From an uncultured Chroococcidiopsis sp. (GTDB lineage Bacteria > Cyanobacteriota > Cyanobacteriia > Cyanobacteriales > Chroococcidiopsidaceae), in contig CAXTYC010000010.1 in the NCBI GenBank assembly GCA_964248365.1, positions 73,303 through 137,302 on the forward strand: a stretch of 64,000 nucleotides of DNA, read 5' to 3'. The notes under the pieces were generated by a model. The model had not been told where the DNA came from. It did not search any database and was given only the letters and a program-made list of their open reading frames with translations. Positions 21,116-31,483 of the stretch are shown in pieces. The translations under genes were made by a program, and so were the position numbers. How positions within the stretch are numbered: position 1 is the stretch's first letter; each line of letters begins with the position of its first letter.

Positions 21116-22459
21116 ATGCTGCAAGAAACACTTAAAACTCTTAGTTTGCCGCAACTGAAAAAAGATATCGAATCTCAAGATATTGGGCAGGAAATATATA
21201 AACTGGTTACAGATTTCTATCCTATTTGCCGCAGTATTACAGGTAACGGAGTTCGAGAAACTCTGAGAATTATTCAAGATTATATTCCTTTAAAAATACA
21301 TGAAGTTCCTACAGGAACAGAAGTATTTGATTGGGAAGTACCAAAAGAGTGGAATATTAAAGACGCATACATTAAAAACTTAAAAGGTGAGAGAGTCGTA
21401 GATTTTAATAAATCTAACTTGCACGTAGTTAACTACAGTATGCCTGTAAACAAGGTAGTGCCTTGGGAGGAATTAAAAACACATATTTTCACTCTACCAG
21501 ATTATCCTAATCGAATTCCTTATCGCACTTCATATTACAAAGAAACTTGGGGCTTTTGTTTAAGTCACGAGCAATTTTTGGCAATGCAGGATGCAGAGTA
21601 TGAAGTGTGTATCGATTCTACTTTAAAACCAGGTAATTTAACATACGGCGAGTATTACTTAGAGGGAGAAAGCCAAGATGAAATTTTAATATCTTGCCAT
21701 ATCTGTCATCCATCCCTGTGTAATGATAATCTTTCAGGTGTAGCTCTAGCTACACTATTGGCTAAACATTTAAGTCAGGTTTCACCCAGAAGATACTCTT
21801 ATCGATTTATCTTCATTCCTGGCACTATTGGTTCTATCACTTGGCTTGCTTTAAATGAACATAATGTTCACAAAATTCAACATGGTTTAGTGTTAACTGG
21901 TGTCGGCGACGCTGGCAAATTTACATACAAAAAAAGCCGTCGAGGGAATGCAGATATAGATCGGGTAGTTATTTATGTTTTAAAATCTTCTGGTCAAGAA
22001 CATCAAGTTATTGACTTCTTTCCCTATGGCTATGATGAACGCCAATATTGCTCACCTGGGTTTAATCTGCCTGTGGGTTGTTTTATGCGATCGTCTCACG
22101 GTCAATATTCTGAATATCACACTTCGGCAGATAACTTGAGTTTTGTACAACCCCAGTATCTAGCTGATTCATTCTCACAATGTTTATCAGTTATAAATAT
22201 TCTAGAAAATAATCAAATTTACTTAAACCAAAATCCTAAATGTGAGCCACGTTTAGGAAAAAGAGGGCTATATCGAGCAATTGGCGGTCATGCAGAAGAA
22301 CAAGTTAATGAACTTGCTTTGTTATGGGTGCTGAATTTGGCTGATGGTGAACATACTTTGCTAGACATTGCCGAACGGTCAAAGTTTAGTTTTGATGTGA
22401 TTAAAAAGGCAGCAGATGCATTGTTAGAAACTGGATTATTAAAAGTAAAATTAGAATAA
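21116..22459 (+). CDS. DUF4910/DUF2172-type M28 aminopeptidase-like polysaccharide biosynthesis protein with C-terminal winged helix
   Basis: PICRSITGNG, IPYRTSYY, HICHPSLCNDNLSG, GYDERQYCSPG, EYHTSAD. Confidence 0.8.
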   Translation: MLQETLKTLSLPQLKKDIESQDIGQEIYKLVTDFYPICRSITGNGVRETLRIIQDYIPLKIHEVPTGTEVFDWEVPKEWNIKDAYIKNLKGERVVDFNKSNLHVVNYSMPVNKVVPWEELKTHIFTLPDYPNRIPYRTSYYKETWGFCLSHEQFLAMQDAEYEVCIDSTLKPGNLTYGEYYLEGESQDEILISCHICHPSLCNDNLSGVALATLLAKHLSQVSPRRYSYRFIFIPGTIGSITWLALNEHNVHKIQHGLVLTGVGDAGKFTYKKSRRGNADIDRVVIYVLKSSGQEHQVIDFFPYGYDERQYCSPGFNLPVGCFMRSSHGQYSEYHTSADNLSFVQPQYLADSFSQCLSVINILENNQIYLNQNPKCEPRLGKRGLYRAIGGHAEEQVNELALLWVLNLADGEHTLLDIAERSKFSFDVIKKAADALLETGLLKVKLE

Positions 22460-23385
22460 TGAGCAATCCTTTTGAGCAATTGTTAGGAAAAAGAGTATTG
22501 ATTACAGGTGCAAGCGGATTTTTTGGCTCTCATTTATGCGCTCGCCTGTGCAAAACTATAGAAGTACACGCTGTTTCTCGCACACAAAGATCCACCTCAC
22601 AAGGTGTGCAATGGTGGCAGGGTAACATGGAAGATATTCAGGTAGTGCAAAACCTGTTTCAGACAGTTAAACCTGATGTGGTTTTTCATCTATCTGGGAT
22701 GGTGACTGGGGCGGCTGGTTTAGAACTTGTGTTGCCTACTTTTAATAGTTTGCTGGTAACTACTGTCAATTTATTAACTGTAGCCGCTTCCCATAGGTGC
22801 GATCGCATCATATTGATCGCCTCTTTGGAGGAACCAGAACCCGGACACAATGAAGCAATTCCTTCTCCTTATGCTGCTGCTAAGTGTGCCAGTAGTGCCT
22901 ACGGTCGGATGTTTCATCAACTCTATCAAACACCTGTTGTTCTGGTGCGTCCCTTTATGACCTATGGACCTGGGCAAAACGTACGCAAGATCATTCCTTC
23001 GGTAACGCTGTCTCTGCTACAAGGTGAAGCACCTCTTCTCGCTAGCGGACAGCGACAGGTTGATTGGATTTATATTGATGATGTAATTGATGGACTAATT
23101 GCCGCAGCAGGTATGCCTAATGTTGAAGGCTGTACTTTTGATTTAGGGTCAGGCATCCTAGTGTCTATTCGCTCAATAGTACAGCAACTAACAAACTTAG
23201 TCAACCCACAAATTCAACCTTTGTTTGGTGCTTTACCGGATAGACCAGTAGAAAAGGTGCGGGTAGCAGACACAAGTTATACACAGGACAAATTAGGATG
23301 GCAACCTTTAATTTCTCTAGAAAAAGGTTTAGAAACTACAGTGAATTGGTACAAACAACAACTAGCAACTGTAAGTATTCATTAG
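22459..23385 (+). CDS. NAD-dependent epimerase/dehydratase (extended SDR)
   Basis: ITGASGFFG, PYAAAK, YGPGQ; TAATG overlap with the previous gene. Confidence 0.85.
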   Translation: MSNPFEQLLGKRVLITGASGFFGSHLCARLCKTIEVHAVSRTQRSTSQGVQWWQGNMEDIQVVQNLFQTVKPDVVFHLSGMVTGAAGLELVLPTFNSLLVTTVNLLTVAASHRCDRIILIASLEEPEPGHNEAIPSPYAAAKCASSAYGRMFHQLYQTPVVLVRPFMTYGPGQNVRKIIPSVTLSLLQGEAPLLASGQRQVDWIYIDDVIDGLIAAAGMPNVEGCTFDLGSGILVSIRSIVQQLTNLVNPQIQPLFGALPDRPVEKVRVADTSYTQDKLGWQPLISLEKGLETTVNWYKQQLATVSIH

Positions 23386-23786
23386 ACTAGCTTTTAGTGT
23401 CTAATACGGCAAATATTAAAAAAAACATCATTGACAAAACAGCATCAAGGTTGTTTTCATAATTGAATGATCTGAAAATCAATTTTTCAGAAAATCAAGC
23501 ATCTGAATAACAAAGTAATTCCCAGCTAACCCATCCTAAAGATAGAGCCTTTGTCTGTATTTCATCAAAGACGATGTAGGAAAAGATGACATTTTCTAGT
23601 CCTACTGACTGCTGTTAAAGGTAATATCAAATTAGTGTATCTACAGTGTAGGTAGGGAAAGCGCTCTACCATCAGACCAATTTCATTGTATGTAGCATCC
23701 TCGACGAGGATTGACATCATTAGCAACAAGCTATGTGAGGAGAATTTCTTACCCCTGAGGCAGACGATACCAAGAAGTACAAATCA

Positions 23787-24968
23787 ATGAAAACATCTTT
23801 TCATAACAACAAAATTATTAGCTTTCTGCTGTTCACCCTTCCAGCTGACGGTGTATGTCGCGTCATCCTCAACCTGGCAAAGAACTTGGTAGAACGTGGT
23901 TTGAAGGTAGATATTGTCGTCTTGAAAGCAGAGGGAGAGGCTTTAGCATGGATACCCCTAGGTGTGCGAGTTGTAGAACTAAACACCCAGATGCAGGGTT
24001 ATCGTAAAATATTGTTCTTATTCTCTTTAGTACGTTATCTGCGCTCCTTTCAGCCTGCAACCCTGGTAGTTTGTAGAGACGACATCAACTTCGGTTCAAT
24101 AGCTAAATATCTGGCAATGGTTAGTACGCGGGTGATATTAACTAGTCATCTCAATCTGTCTCAGTATCTCGAATACAGCTGTGATGATGTAAAAAACAGC
24201 TTCACAGCCTATCTATTGAGACGGTTTCTCTGGTTTTACGGTTTGGCTGATGGAATTATTGCAGTTTCCCAAGGTGTTGCAGATAGTCTAGCAAGTATTG
24301 CAGGTCGCCCTTTAAAGCAGATTCGCGTGATTTACAATCCCGTCGTAACGCCAGAAATGTTGGCACTCGCCCAGCAACCATTAGATCATCCCTGGTTTGC
24401 ACCTGGGGAACCTCCAGTTATTTTAGGGGTAGGGCGTTTACAAGCACTGAAAGATTTTCCCACTCTGATCCGAGCATTTGCTTTGGTACGGCAGCATATA
24501 CCAGCTCGACTAATGATCTTAGGCGAAGGTGAAGAACGACAAAACCTTGAAACCCTAATCGACGAATTGGGCTTAACATCCGTTGTCGCATTACCAGGCT
24601 TTGTTAGTAACCCGTATGCCTTTATGTCCAAGGCATCAGTTTTGGCAATGTCTTCTGTGTGTGAAGGTTTTGGGAATGTGATTGCGGAAGCTTTAGCGTG
24701 TGGTACTCCAGTAGTAAGCACAGACTGCCCAAGCGGTCCTGGTGAGATTTTGGAATATGGTAAGTATGGCAGTTTAGTCCCACTTGCAGATCCCCAAGCT
24801 CTAGCTGAGGCTATTGTGACTACGCTTACTAGTGCAACAGACTCGGAAGCATTACGGCAACGAGCTAAAACTTTTTCAATAGAAACTGCTGTTGATAGCT
24901 ATCTAGAAATATTAGATTCTGATTATGAGCAAAAAACTGTAACACCTAATACCTATATCAAAGTTTAA
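23787..24968 (+). CDS. Glycosyltransferase family 4
   Basis: GVGRL...KDFPTLIRAF, EGFGNVIAEALACG. Confidence 0.88.
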   Translation: MKTSFHNNKIISFLLFTLPADGVCRVILNLAKNLVERGLKVDIVVLKAEGEALAWIPLGVRVVELNTQMQGYRKILFLFSLVRYLRSFQPATLVVCRDDINFGSIAKYLAMVSTRVILTSHLNLSQYLEYSCDDVKNSFTAYLLRRFLWFYGLADGIIAVSQGVADSLASIAGRPLKQIRVIYNPVVTPEMLALAQQPLDHPWFAPGEPPVILGVGRLQALKDFPTLIRAFALVRQHIPARLMILGEGEERQNLETLIDELGLTSVVALPGFVSNPYAFMSKASVLAMSSVCEGFGNVIAEALACGTPVVSTDCPSGPGEILEYGKYGSLVPLADPQALAEAIVTTLTSATDSEALRQRAKTFSIETAVDSYLEILDSDYEQKTVTPNTYIKV

Positions 24969-25087
24969 GCTAAGTAAGGTATGAGCGTAATGTTTTTCGT
25001 GCAATAAGCCTTACTGGCGTACTAGATAAATCCTCGCACGAAAATCCTCATTTTAGACCATAAAAAATTGAGTAACTAACTTGCATT

Positions 25088-25852
25088 ATGGACAGCAAAC
25101 AAGTTTTTAATAGGTTACGAGTAAACTTAGGCTGTCACCTACGAAACATTACCTCTTATATATTGTTTCAGTTGATTTTATCTGGCAAGAGTCGAACACT
25201 TGCTCCCAGTCGTAAGTCAGCAATCGTGTTTTCTCCCCACCAAGATGATGAAACTTTAGGCTGTGGTGGCATGATTGCTCTTAAACGTCAGTTAGGAATA
25301 CCAGTAAAGGTCGTTTTTATGACTGACGGACGGTATGGCATACCTAAGTGTAAGCCAGAGGAAGTAATCAAAATTCGCGGCGGGGAAGCTGTTGCTGCTC
25401 TGGGTACTTTGGGAGTTACGCCATCAGAAATTCACTTTTTCAATTTAGTGGATGGTGATTTGGCAATTTTACCTGCTCAGCAACGTCAACAAACGATAGA
25501 TAAGTTGTCTCAATTGCTACAAACTTTTGTGCCAGAAGAAGTTTACGTTCCCCATTACAAAGACTTTCATGACGATCATGAGGCTACCTACAAGTTGGTG
25601 CGTGAAGCGATCGCCACTTCTGGTATCAAAGTAGAATTGTGGCAATATCCAATTTGGTTGTTGTGGCAAAATCCCCTATCTCTTAAACTAAACTCGCAAG
25701 ACATTGCTGGTGCTTATCGCCTAGCTATTAATTCTGTTCAAACTCAAAAACATCAAGCGATCGCTTCTTATAAATCACAAATTCCTGGTTTAACAAGGGG
25801 CTTCTTAAAGCGTTTCTTTTCTCCCTATGAGCTATTTTTCAAAAATGAGTAG
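25088..25852 (+). CDS. PIG-L/LmbE-family deacetylase
   Basis: SPHQDDETLGCGG, HDDHEA, YKSQ. Confidence 0.85.
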   Translation: MDSKQVFNRLRVNLGCHLRNITSYILFQLILSGKSRTLAPSRKSAIVFSPHQDDETLGCGGMIALKRQLGIPVKVVFMTDGRYGIPKCKPEEVIKIRGGEAVAALGTLGVTPSEIHFFNLVDGDLAILPAQQRQQTIDKLSQLLQTFVPEEVYVPHYKDFHDDHEATYKLVREAIATSGIKVELWQYPIWLLWQNPLSLKLNSQDIAGAYRLAINSVQTQKHQAIASYKSQIPGLTRGFLKRFFSPYELFFKNE

Positions 25853-25866
25853 CTACTTATGATAAA

Positions 25867-25899
25867 AGCTATTAGCTGTTAGCTATTAGCTTTTAGCTT
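25867..25899. repeat. Heptamer tandem repeat (agct[ag]tt / ttagctN)
   Basis: agctattagctgttagctattagcttttagctttt. Confidence 0.7.
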
Positions 25900-26139
25900 T
25901 TTGTACGAGTGTCCGAAAAACGACTAATAAAGACAATATACAATATTTCATTGCTCAAATGAGATGAGATGGCTGGAGATGTAGCGTAAACTTACTATTA
26001 GTGATGGACGTTTTGAGATAATTTATATAAAATATTAGATGGGTGTAAATAGAAACAACGCTATTTATTACAGTCAAACCTATATCCATTTTTACCACAT
26101 TTAACCCCTAGGAATCAACCACTCCTATTTAGATATCAA

Positions 26140-27306
26140 GTGGAAACTTATATAGATAATTCTACTAAAAAAGCTGCAGACATTGCGTGTGTAGGTATGG
26201 GTTGGTTTCCAAAAACGCCAGGAGGACTTGATCGCTACGTTTATGAACTCACCCATAATCTAGCAGCAGGTGGCGATCGCGTTGCCCTATATGCCCTCGA
26301 TCTACCATCCGCTGCACCCAACGAGCCTGTTGAACTAATTAATTTAGCAACGCCAGATAGTCCTCTCTGGCAACGGCTATGGTTAACCAGGAGAAACTTT
26401 TCTCGTTTTCTGGCAGTTAAACCAGATGCAATCAACTTGCATTTTGCTTTATATAGCTTGCCATTATTGTCTCGTTTACCTGATAAAGTACCAGTTACTT
26501 TCACTTTTCATGGACCTTGGGCATTAGAAAGTGAGAAAGAGGGAGAAAGTAAACTAGCTGTGTTTTTGAAGCGGCAGCTAGTGGAAAAAACAGTATATCG
26601 TCGCTGCGATCGCTTTATTGTTTTAAGCCGCGCTTTTGGGAATATTTTGCATCAAGAATATCAAGTTCCTTGGAGCAAAATTCACATTATTCCTGGTGGA
26701 GTCGATTTAAAACGATTTCAGCCCAATTTATCTCGCCAACAAGCCCGCCTTCAGCTTAACTGGTCTTGCGATCGCTTTATCGTATTTGCCCCGCGACGCT
26801 TAGTTAACCGCATGGGTTTGGACAAGTTGTTGCTTGCTATAGCACAAATCAAGTCCAGAATGCCCGATATTATGCTTGCGATCGCAGGCATTGGACGAAT
26901 GAAGCAGGCGCTAGAACAACAGGCTACTGATTTAGGGCTGAAAGAATACGTCAAATTTCTGGGTTTTTTACCCGATTACCAGTTACCCATAGCCTACCAA
27001 GCTGCCGATCTTACTATCATGCCTAGCCAGTCTTTAGAAGGATTCGGATTGACATTAGTAGAATCCTTAGCTTGTGGAACACCAGCTTTGTGTACTCCTG
27101 TTGGCGGTATGCCAGAAATATTAACTCCTTTCTCTCCTAATTTGATCACCTCTGACCAAGAAGTAGCAGCCATTGCTGAGAGACTAGAACAACTGATAAC
27201 AGGGCAGATACCATTGCCTTCTAGAGCAGCCTGTCAACATTACGCCGCCACACATTTTGACTGGCACAAAATTGCTTTGCAGGTTCGCCAAGTTTTATTA
27301 ACCTAA
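26140..27306 (+). CDS. Glycosyltransferase family 4
   Basis: FHGPWALES, RRLVNRMG, EGFGLTLVESLACG; GTG start uncertain. Confidence 0.87.
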   Translation: METYIDNSTKKAADIACVGMGWFPKTPGGLDRYVYELTHNLAAGGDRVALYALDLPSAAPNEPVELINLATPDSPLWQRLWLTRRNFSRFLAVKPDAINLHFALYSLPLLSRLPDKVPVTFTFHGPWALESEKEGESKLAVFLKRQLVEKTVYRRCDRFIVLSRAFGNILHQEYQVPWSKIHIIPGGVDLKRFQPNLSRQQARLQLNWSCDRFIVFAPRRLVNRMGLDKLLLAIAQIKSRMPDIMLAIAGIGRMKQALEQQATDLGLKEYVKFLGFLPDYQLPIAYQAADLTIMPSQSLEGFGLTLVESLACGTPALCTPVGGMPEILTPFSPNLITSDQEVAAIAERLEQLITGQIPLPSRAACQHYAATHFDWHKIALQVRQVLLT

Positions 27307-27761
27307 ATCAGGCAATTATGCTAAAAAAACACCTATCAATTGCTATATAAAATCACAAATTTTATGATAAAATAAGTGATAATTTAAATAAATAATATTG
27401 CTTTACGAAAATTTTGTATTCAGCCAAAATTTTAAGGAAACAATGAAGAAATTGGATTTACGTAGTCTTTCGGTTGAATTTATAATACCATGAGCTTAGC
27501 TTGACGAGAGCAAATACAAAAAATATGAGCGAAAATTCCTATTTTTTAAATACCAGAAAAATTTGGTGTTTGGTCGCTCCTGCTTCAAACTAATATAACT
27601 GATAATTTTTAGCATGAGCTAGAAAACTGAATAATCAGTTTATTTGCCATTTGTCAAATAATTAATATCTAAAAATTCGACAAACAAGCAGATAAATTTT
27701 ATGTATATGCTTGTCCTAGCATCTACTTCCAAACTAGGAATTCATTATTCTGACTAGATAC

Positions 27762-28550
27762 ATGACTACATATAAGTCAAATATTATACCAATTAGCTCT
27801 ACTTTTAAGCAACAGCTAGACGAGCCATTGCTAAGCTGTAAACTTAAGTGGAGACAAAAGCAGCTGTTGGTAAGCCTCAATGCGCCAAACAGACAGCTGT
27901 ATCTTCCGCCGTTACCTGCATTGGAAACAGAGCAATCGTTGGTAGAGTGTTTGAAGCACTCTTATGTAAAGTTAATTCGCCTTGATCCAGCCTTGGGCGA
28001 AGTTAACTTGAAGCTTTGGGCTGATGCGTGTGAAAAAGCTAACAAAGCTGTGTTCCTGCGTTTACCTGCTACAATTAAACTAGAATGGCAGCGATCGCCT
28101 CTTGGGAAGCTGATTGCCCTACTTGATTGGATTATTGCTGCTCTATTGTTGTTGGTTTTAAGTCCAGTCATAGTAGTATTATTTTGTCTGTTACGTCTGC
28201 AATCATCAGAACCAATTTTTTCTGGTCAATGGCACGTTGGAGAGCGAGGTAAATTATTTCAGATCTTAAAGTTTCGGACAACAGTTGTTAATACCCAAAC
28301 GTTTGAAAATAAATTGATAAGTGAGCCAAAGTACATTTTAAAACGCGGCGAAAGCTCCCAAATAACAAATTTAGGTTATTGGATGTGCAAGTATAAATTA
28401 GATCAACTGCCGCAGCTATTCAACGTGTTGCGGGGCGAAATGATGCTAATTAAACCACGTCCTCTAACTTTAGAGCAGGTAGTAAGGCTCAGCTTAGAAA
28501 AACAACATATCAATACTTTATCAGAAATTAAAGAAGCAGACAAGTACTGA
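27762..28550 (+). CDS. hepC: HepC-like sugar transferase homolog (partial bacterial sugar transferase domain)
   Basis: N-terminal LKWRQKQLLV...LWADAC...VFLRLP typical of HepC; KFRT, LDQLPQLFNVLRGEM; ends before the usual PGITG motif. Confidence 0.7.
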   Translation: MTTYKSNIIPISSTFKQQLDEPLLSCKLKWRQKQLLVSLNAPNRQLYLPPLPALETEQSLVECLKHSYVKLIRLDPALGEVNLKLWADACEKANKAVFLRLPATIKLEWQRSPLGKLIALLDWIIAALLLLVLSPVIVVLFCLLRLQSSEPIFSGQWHVGERGKLFQILKFRTTVVNTQTFENKLISEPKYILKRGESSQITNLGYWMCKYKLDQLPQLFNVLRGEMMLIKPRPLTLEQVVRLSLEKQHINTLSEIKEADKY

Positions 28551-28747
28551 GACTTGCCAACTTAATAGAATTGAATGCACTAGTCATCAGCTAGGCAATA
28601 AATCTAACTGACAACTTTAGCTTTGCTATATTCATTTACTAACTTGAGATCCTGCAAACAAGTTAGAATAATCAATATTTTAACTCAAATTATGCAATAA
28701 CTTAGGTTAGTAAAACGGAATTATTTATAATCAGCAAATATTAGTAT

Positions 28748-28830
28748 CCCACCCATGCCCACCATTATCAGAAGGAGTGGGCATGGGTGGCTTGCCTAGA
28801 ACTGTTCACGAATGTTTTAGGATTGCTATA
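28748..28830 (+). repeat. ~85-bp dispersed repeat, copy 2
   Basis: The 30-mer actgttcacgaatgttttaggattgctata (28801-28830) is identical to 54154-54183. Confidence 0.8.
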
Positions 28831-28998
28831 TATCATTTGATTACCAACTTACTAGCCTTTAAAGCTTTGGGCGATGCTAGTTTATTATTTATTAGTAATT
28901 GTTAATCCGCAGTATATAACACAGGAGAGAGTAGTTTTGATTCAAAGGCTGGACAAGTACACACTTTGGTGGTGGTTGGTAATTGAGGAGGTTGGCGG

Positions 28999-30333
28999 AT
29001 GAAAAATGTAGCAAATAGTGTCCGTTGGATATTACAAGGACGTGGTGGCACTGCTGCAACCTTACAAACTGTGCTAGCAAAAATTCTCATCCTGGCACTC
29101 AACATGGGTACTGGAATTATTACAGCACGTTTCCTTGGACCTCAAGGGCGGGGCGAACAAGCGGCAATAATTTTGTGGCCACAGCTTTTGGCTTTTCTGA
29201 TCACTTTGGGCTTACCTGCTGCTTTGCGCTACAACCTCAAACGCCACCCAGAGGAGAAATCAGAACTCTTCTCTGCTACCCTCGTGTTGAGTATAGGGCT
29301 AGGCATATTAGCTTCGCTCTTGGGCATATTATTTATTCCGCAATGGTTAGGACACCAATACTCACCAGAAGTTGTTCACGTTGCCCAGTGGTTTATGCTT
29401 ACAGCACCAGTGGGGGTGTTTTGGGCAAATATGGTAGCTGCTTTGGAAGCAACTGATGACTTCACTACTGCTAACCAAGGACAGTACCTGACACCGCTTT
29501 TTACCCTACTCATGTTACTTGTGCTATTGGTAACACGGTCACTGACACCGATTACTACTTCACTAGCTTATATACTAGCTGGTCTACCTATATTTTTCTG
29601 GATATTGAACCGCCTGTGGAAACGCTTTCGTCCTCGGTGGCATAATTTAGGCATACAATATAAACGGCTACTAGGCTATGGCTTACGTGCGTATGGTATT
29701 GATATATTAGGTACATTGGGCAACCAAGTGGATCAAGCCCTGGTTGTCGGTTTACTATCACCAACCTCGATGGGGCTGTACGTAGTAGCTCTGAGCCTAT
29801 CTCGGATGTTAGATGTGTTTCAAAGTGCAATTATTACCGTACTGTTTCCGAAAACAGCCGCTCGTCCAATCGAAGAAGTGATTGCTTTGACTGGGCGGGC
29901 TGCGCGTGTTGGTATGGCTTGTTCCCTGCTTGCTGCTATAGGTGCAATGTTGGTAGTGCCATTTTTACTACACTTGCTCTATGGTTCTAAATTTGTCGGA
30001 GCATTGCCCGTGTTCCGCATTCTGGCTATAGAAGTAGTGATTGGTGGCACAACTTGGGTTTTAGCCCAAGCTTTTATGGCATTAGGGCGACCTGGAAATA
30101 TCACAGTTATGCAGGGTATTGGCTTGGGGCTGACTGTACCTTTGATGTTAGTAATGATTCCCACCTACGGATTGGTAGGTGCAGGCTTGGCACTACTATG
30201 TTCAACAACCATCCGCTTTATTTTTGTGCTAGTAAGCTATCCGCTAATATTAAAGGTTCGTCCACCGAGTTTACTAATTACACGCGAAGATGTGGAGTTT
30301 ATGCAAAAAGCGTTTCGATTAAATAGAGGATAA
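28999..30333 (+). CDS. wzx: Oligosaccharide flippase (Wzx/MATE-like)
   Basis: About 12 hydrophobic segments, ARFLGPQGRG, MGLYVVA; GAGGAGG RBS. Confidence 0.82.
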   Translation: MKNVANSVRWILQGRGGTAATLQTVLAKILILALNMGTGIITARFLGPQGRGEQAAIILWPQLLAFLITLGLPAALRYNLKRHPEEKSELFSATLVLSIGLGILASLLGILFIPQWLGHQYSPEVVHVAQWFMLTAPVGVFWANMVAALEATDDFTTANQGQYLTPLFTLLMLLVLLVTRSLTPITTSLAYILAGLPIFFWILNRLWKRFRPRWHNLGIQYKRLLGYGLRAYGIDILGTLGNQVDQALVVGLLSPTSMGLYVVALSLSRMLDVFQSAIITVLFPKTAARPIEEVIALTGRAARVGMACSLLAAIGAMLVVPFLLHLLYGSKFVGALPVFRILAIEVVIGGTTWVLAQAFMALGRPGNITVMQGIGLGLTVPLMLVMIPTYGLVGAGLALLCSTTIRFIFVLVSYPLILKVRPPSLLITREDVEFMQKAFRLNRG

Positions 30334-30445
30334 ATATCGGCTAGTTACTAATCTTTGAGATTTAGGTTGAGTTAAATTTAGCTCTAAACCAGTGATTTAG
30401 ATGCATAACATAATATCTGATCAATTTGCTTTATGACTTAAAGAT

Positions 30446-31423
30446 ATGGTCTTATATACTGATACAGAAAAACCTTTAGTTAGTGTTATTATCCCAACCT
30501 ACAATCGCCCAGCATACCTAAAAGAAGCAATTAAAAGTGCTGTTGGGCAGACTTACCAAAACATTGAAGTCTTAGTTTCGGATAATCATAGTCCTGAAAA
30601 TCCTCAAGCAATTGTTGAATCTTTTCAAGATTCACGAATCCGATTTTGGCGAAATGAAACCAACATAGGAATGTTCGCCAACGCTATGAACACATTTAAA
30701 AAGGCGCGAGGGAAGTATGTTGCTAGTCTCAACGATGATGACGTATGGAACGAGGACTTTTTAGAAAAGCTTGTTCCTCACCTTGAAGCCAATCCTGATT
30801 TAGCCTTAGCTTTTTGCGATCATTATGTAATAGATTCGAGTGGAGTAATTGATTACTCTGCCACCGAAAGGTCTACCCGCCTTTGGAAGCGTCACCAGCT
30901 AAAAGAAGGAATTTATCAGCCTTTCTATGAAGTTGGGTTAGTAAATGCGTCTGTACCTAGTGCAGTTGCTGCTGTTATTCGCAACGATGTTGTTGATTGG
31001 GGTAATATTCCCCCCGAAATCGAACATAAATGGGATTTGTATGTAACTTATCTGTGTTGTCGCAAGGGTCTTGGAGCATACTACTGTCCAGAAAGATTAA
31101 CTCGATATCGTGAACATACGCAAAGTGATACGGCAAATGGCGGAAGGCGAGATATTGAGGCAAAAATCCGAAAAGCAAAGGTCGAAATCTTTTGCTGGGA
31201 ACGTTTTATGGAAGATGAATACCTACAAGAACTTAAGCCTTATTTTAGGCAGAAATGGGCGCAGGAAAATACAACTTTGGGTATTGGTTTGATGCGTTTA
31301 AGACAGCTAGAAGTAGCACGCCCTTATTTTTTACGTGCTATGAAGGAACAAAGGTTCAATTTGCGAACTATGGCAGCGCTTATGTTCAGTTTTACTCCTC
31401 CAACAATCGCTAGTCGATTCTAA
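30446..31423 (+). CDS. Glycosyltransferase family 2
   Basis: VSVIIPTYNR, VSDN, LNDDD. Confidence 0.88.
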   Translation: MVLYTDTEKPLVSVIIPTYNRPAYLKEAIKSAVGQTYQNIEVLVSDNHSPENPQAIVESFQDSRIRFWRNETNIGMFANAMNTFKKARGKYVASLNDDDVWNEDFLEKLVPHLEANPDLALAFCDHYVIDSSGVIDYSATERSTRLWKRHQLKEGIYQPFYEVGLVNASVPSAVAAVIRNDVVDWGNIPPEIEHKWDLYVTYLCCRKGLGAYYCPERLTRYREHTQSDTANGGRRDIEAKIRKAKVEIFCWERFMEDEYLQELKPYFRQKWAQENTTLGIGLMRLRQLEVARPYFLRAMKEQRFNLRTMAALMFSFTPPTIASRF

Positions 31424-31483
31424 AGAAATTGATAATTAGTGTTCCCTTGGAGCAGCAGACACGAAAATCTAGTATTCAAGATT

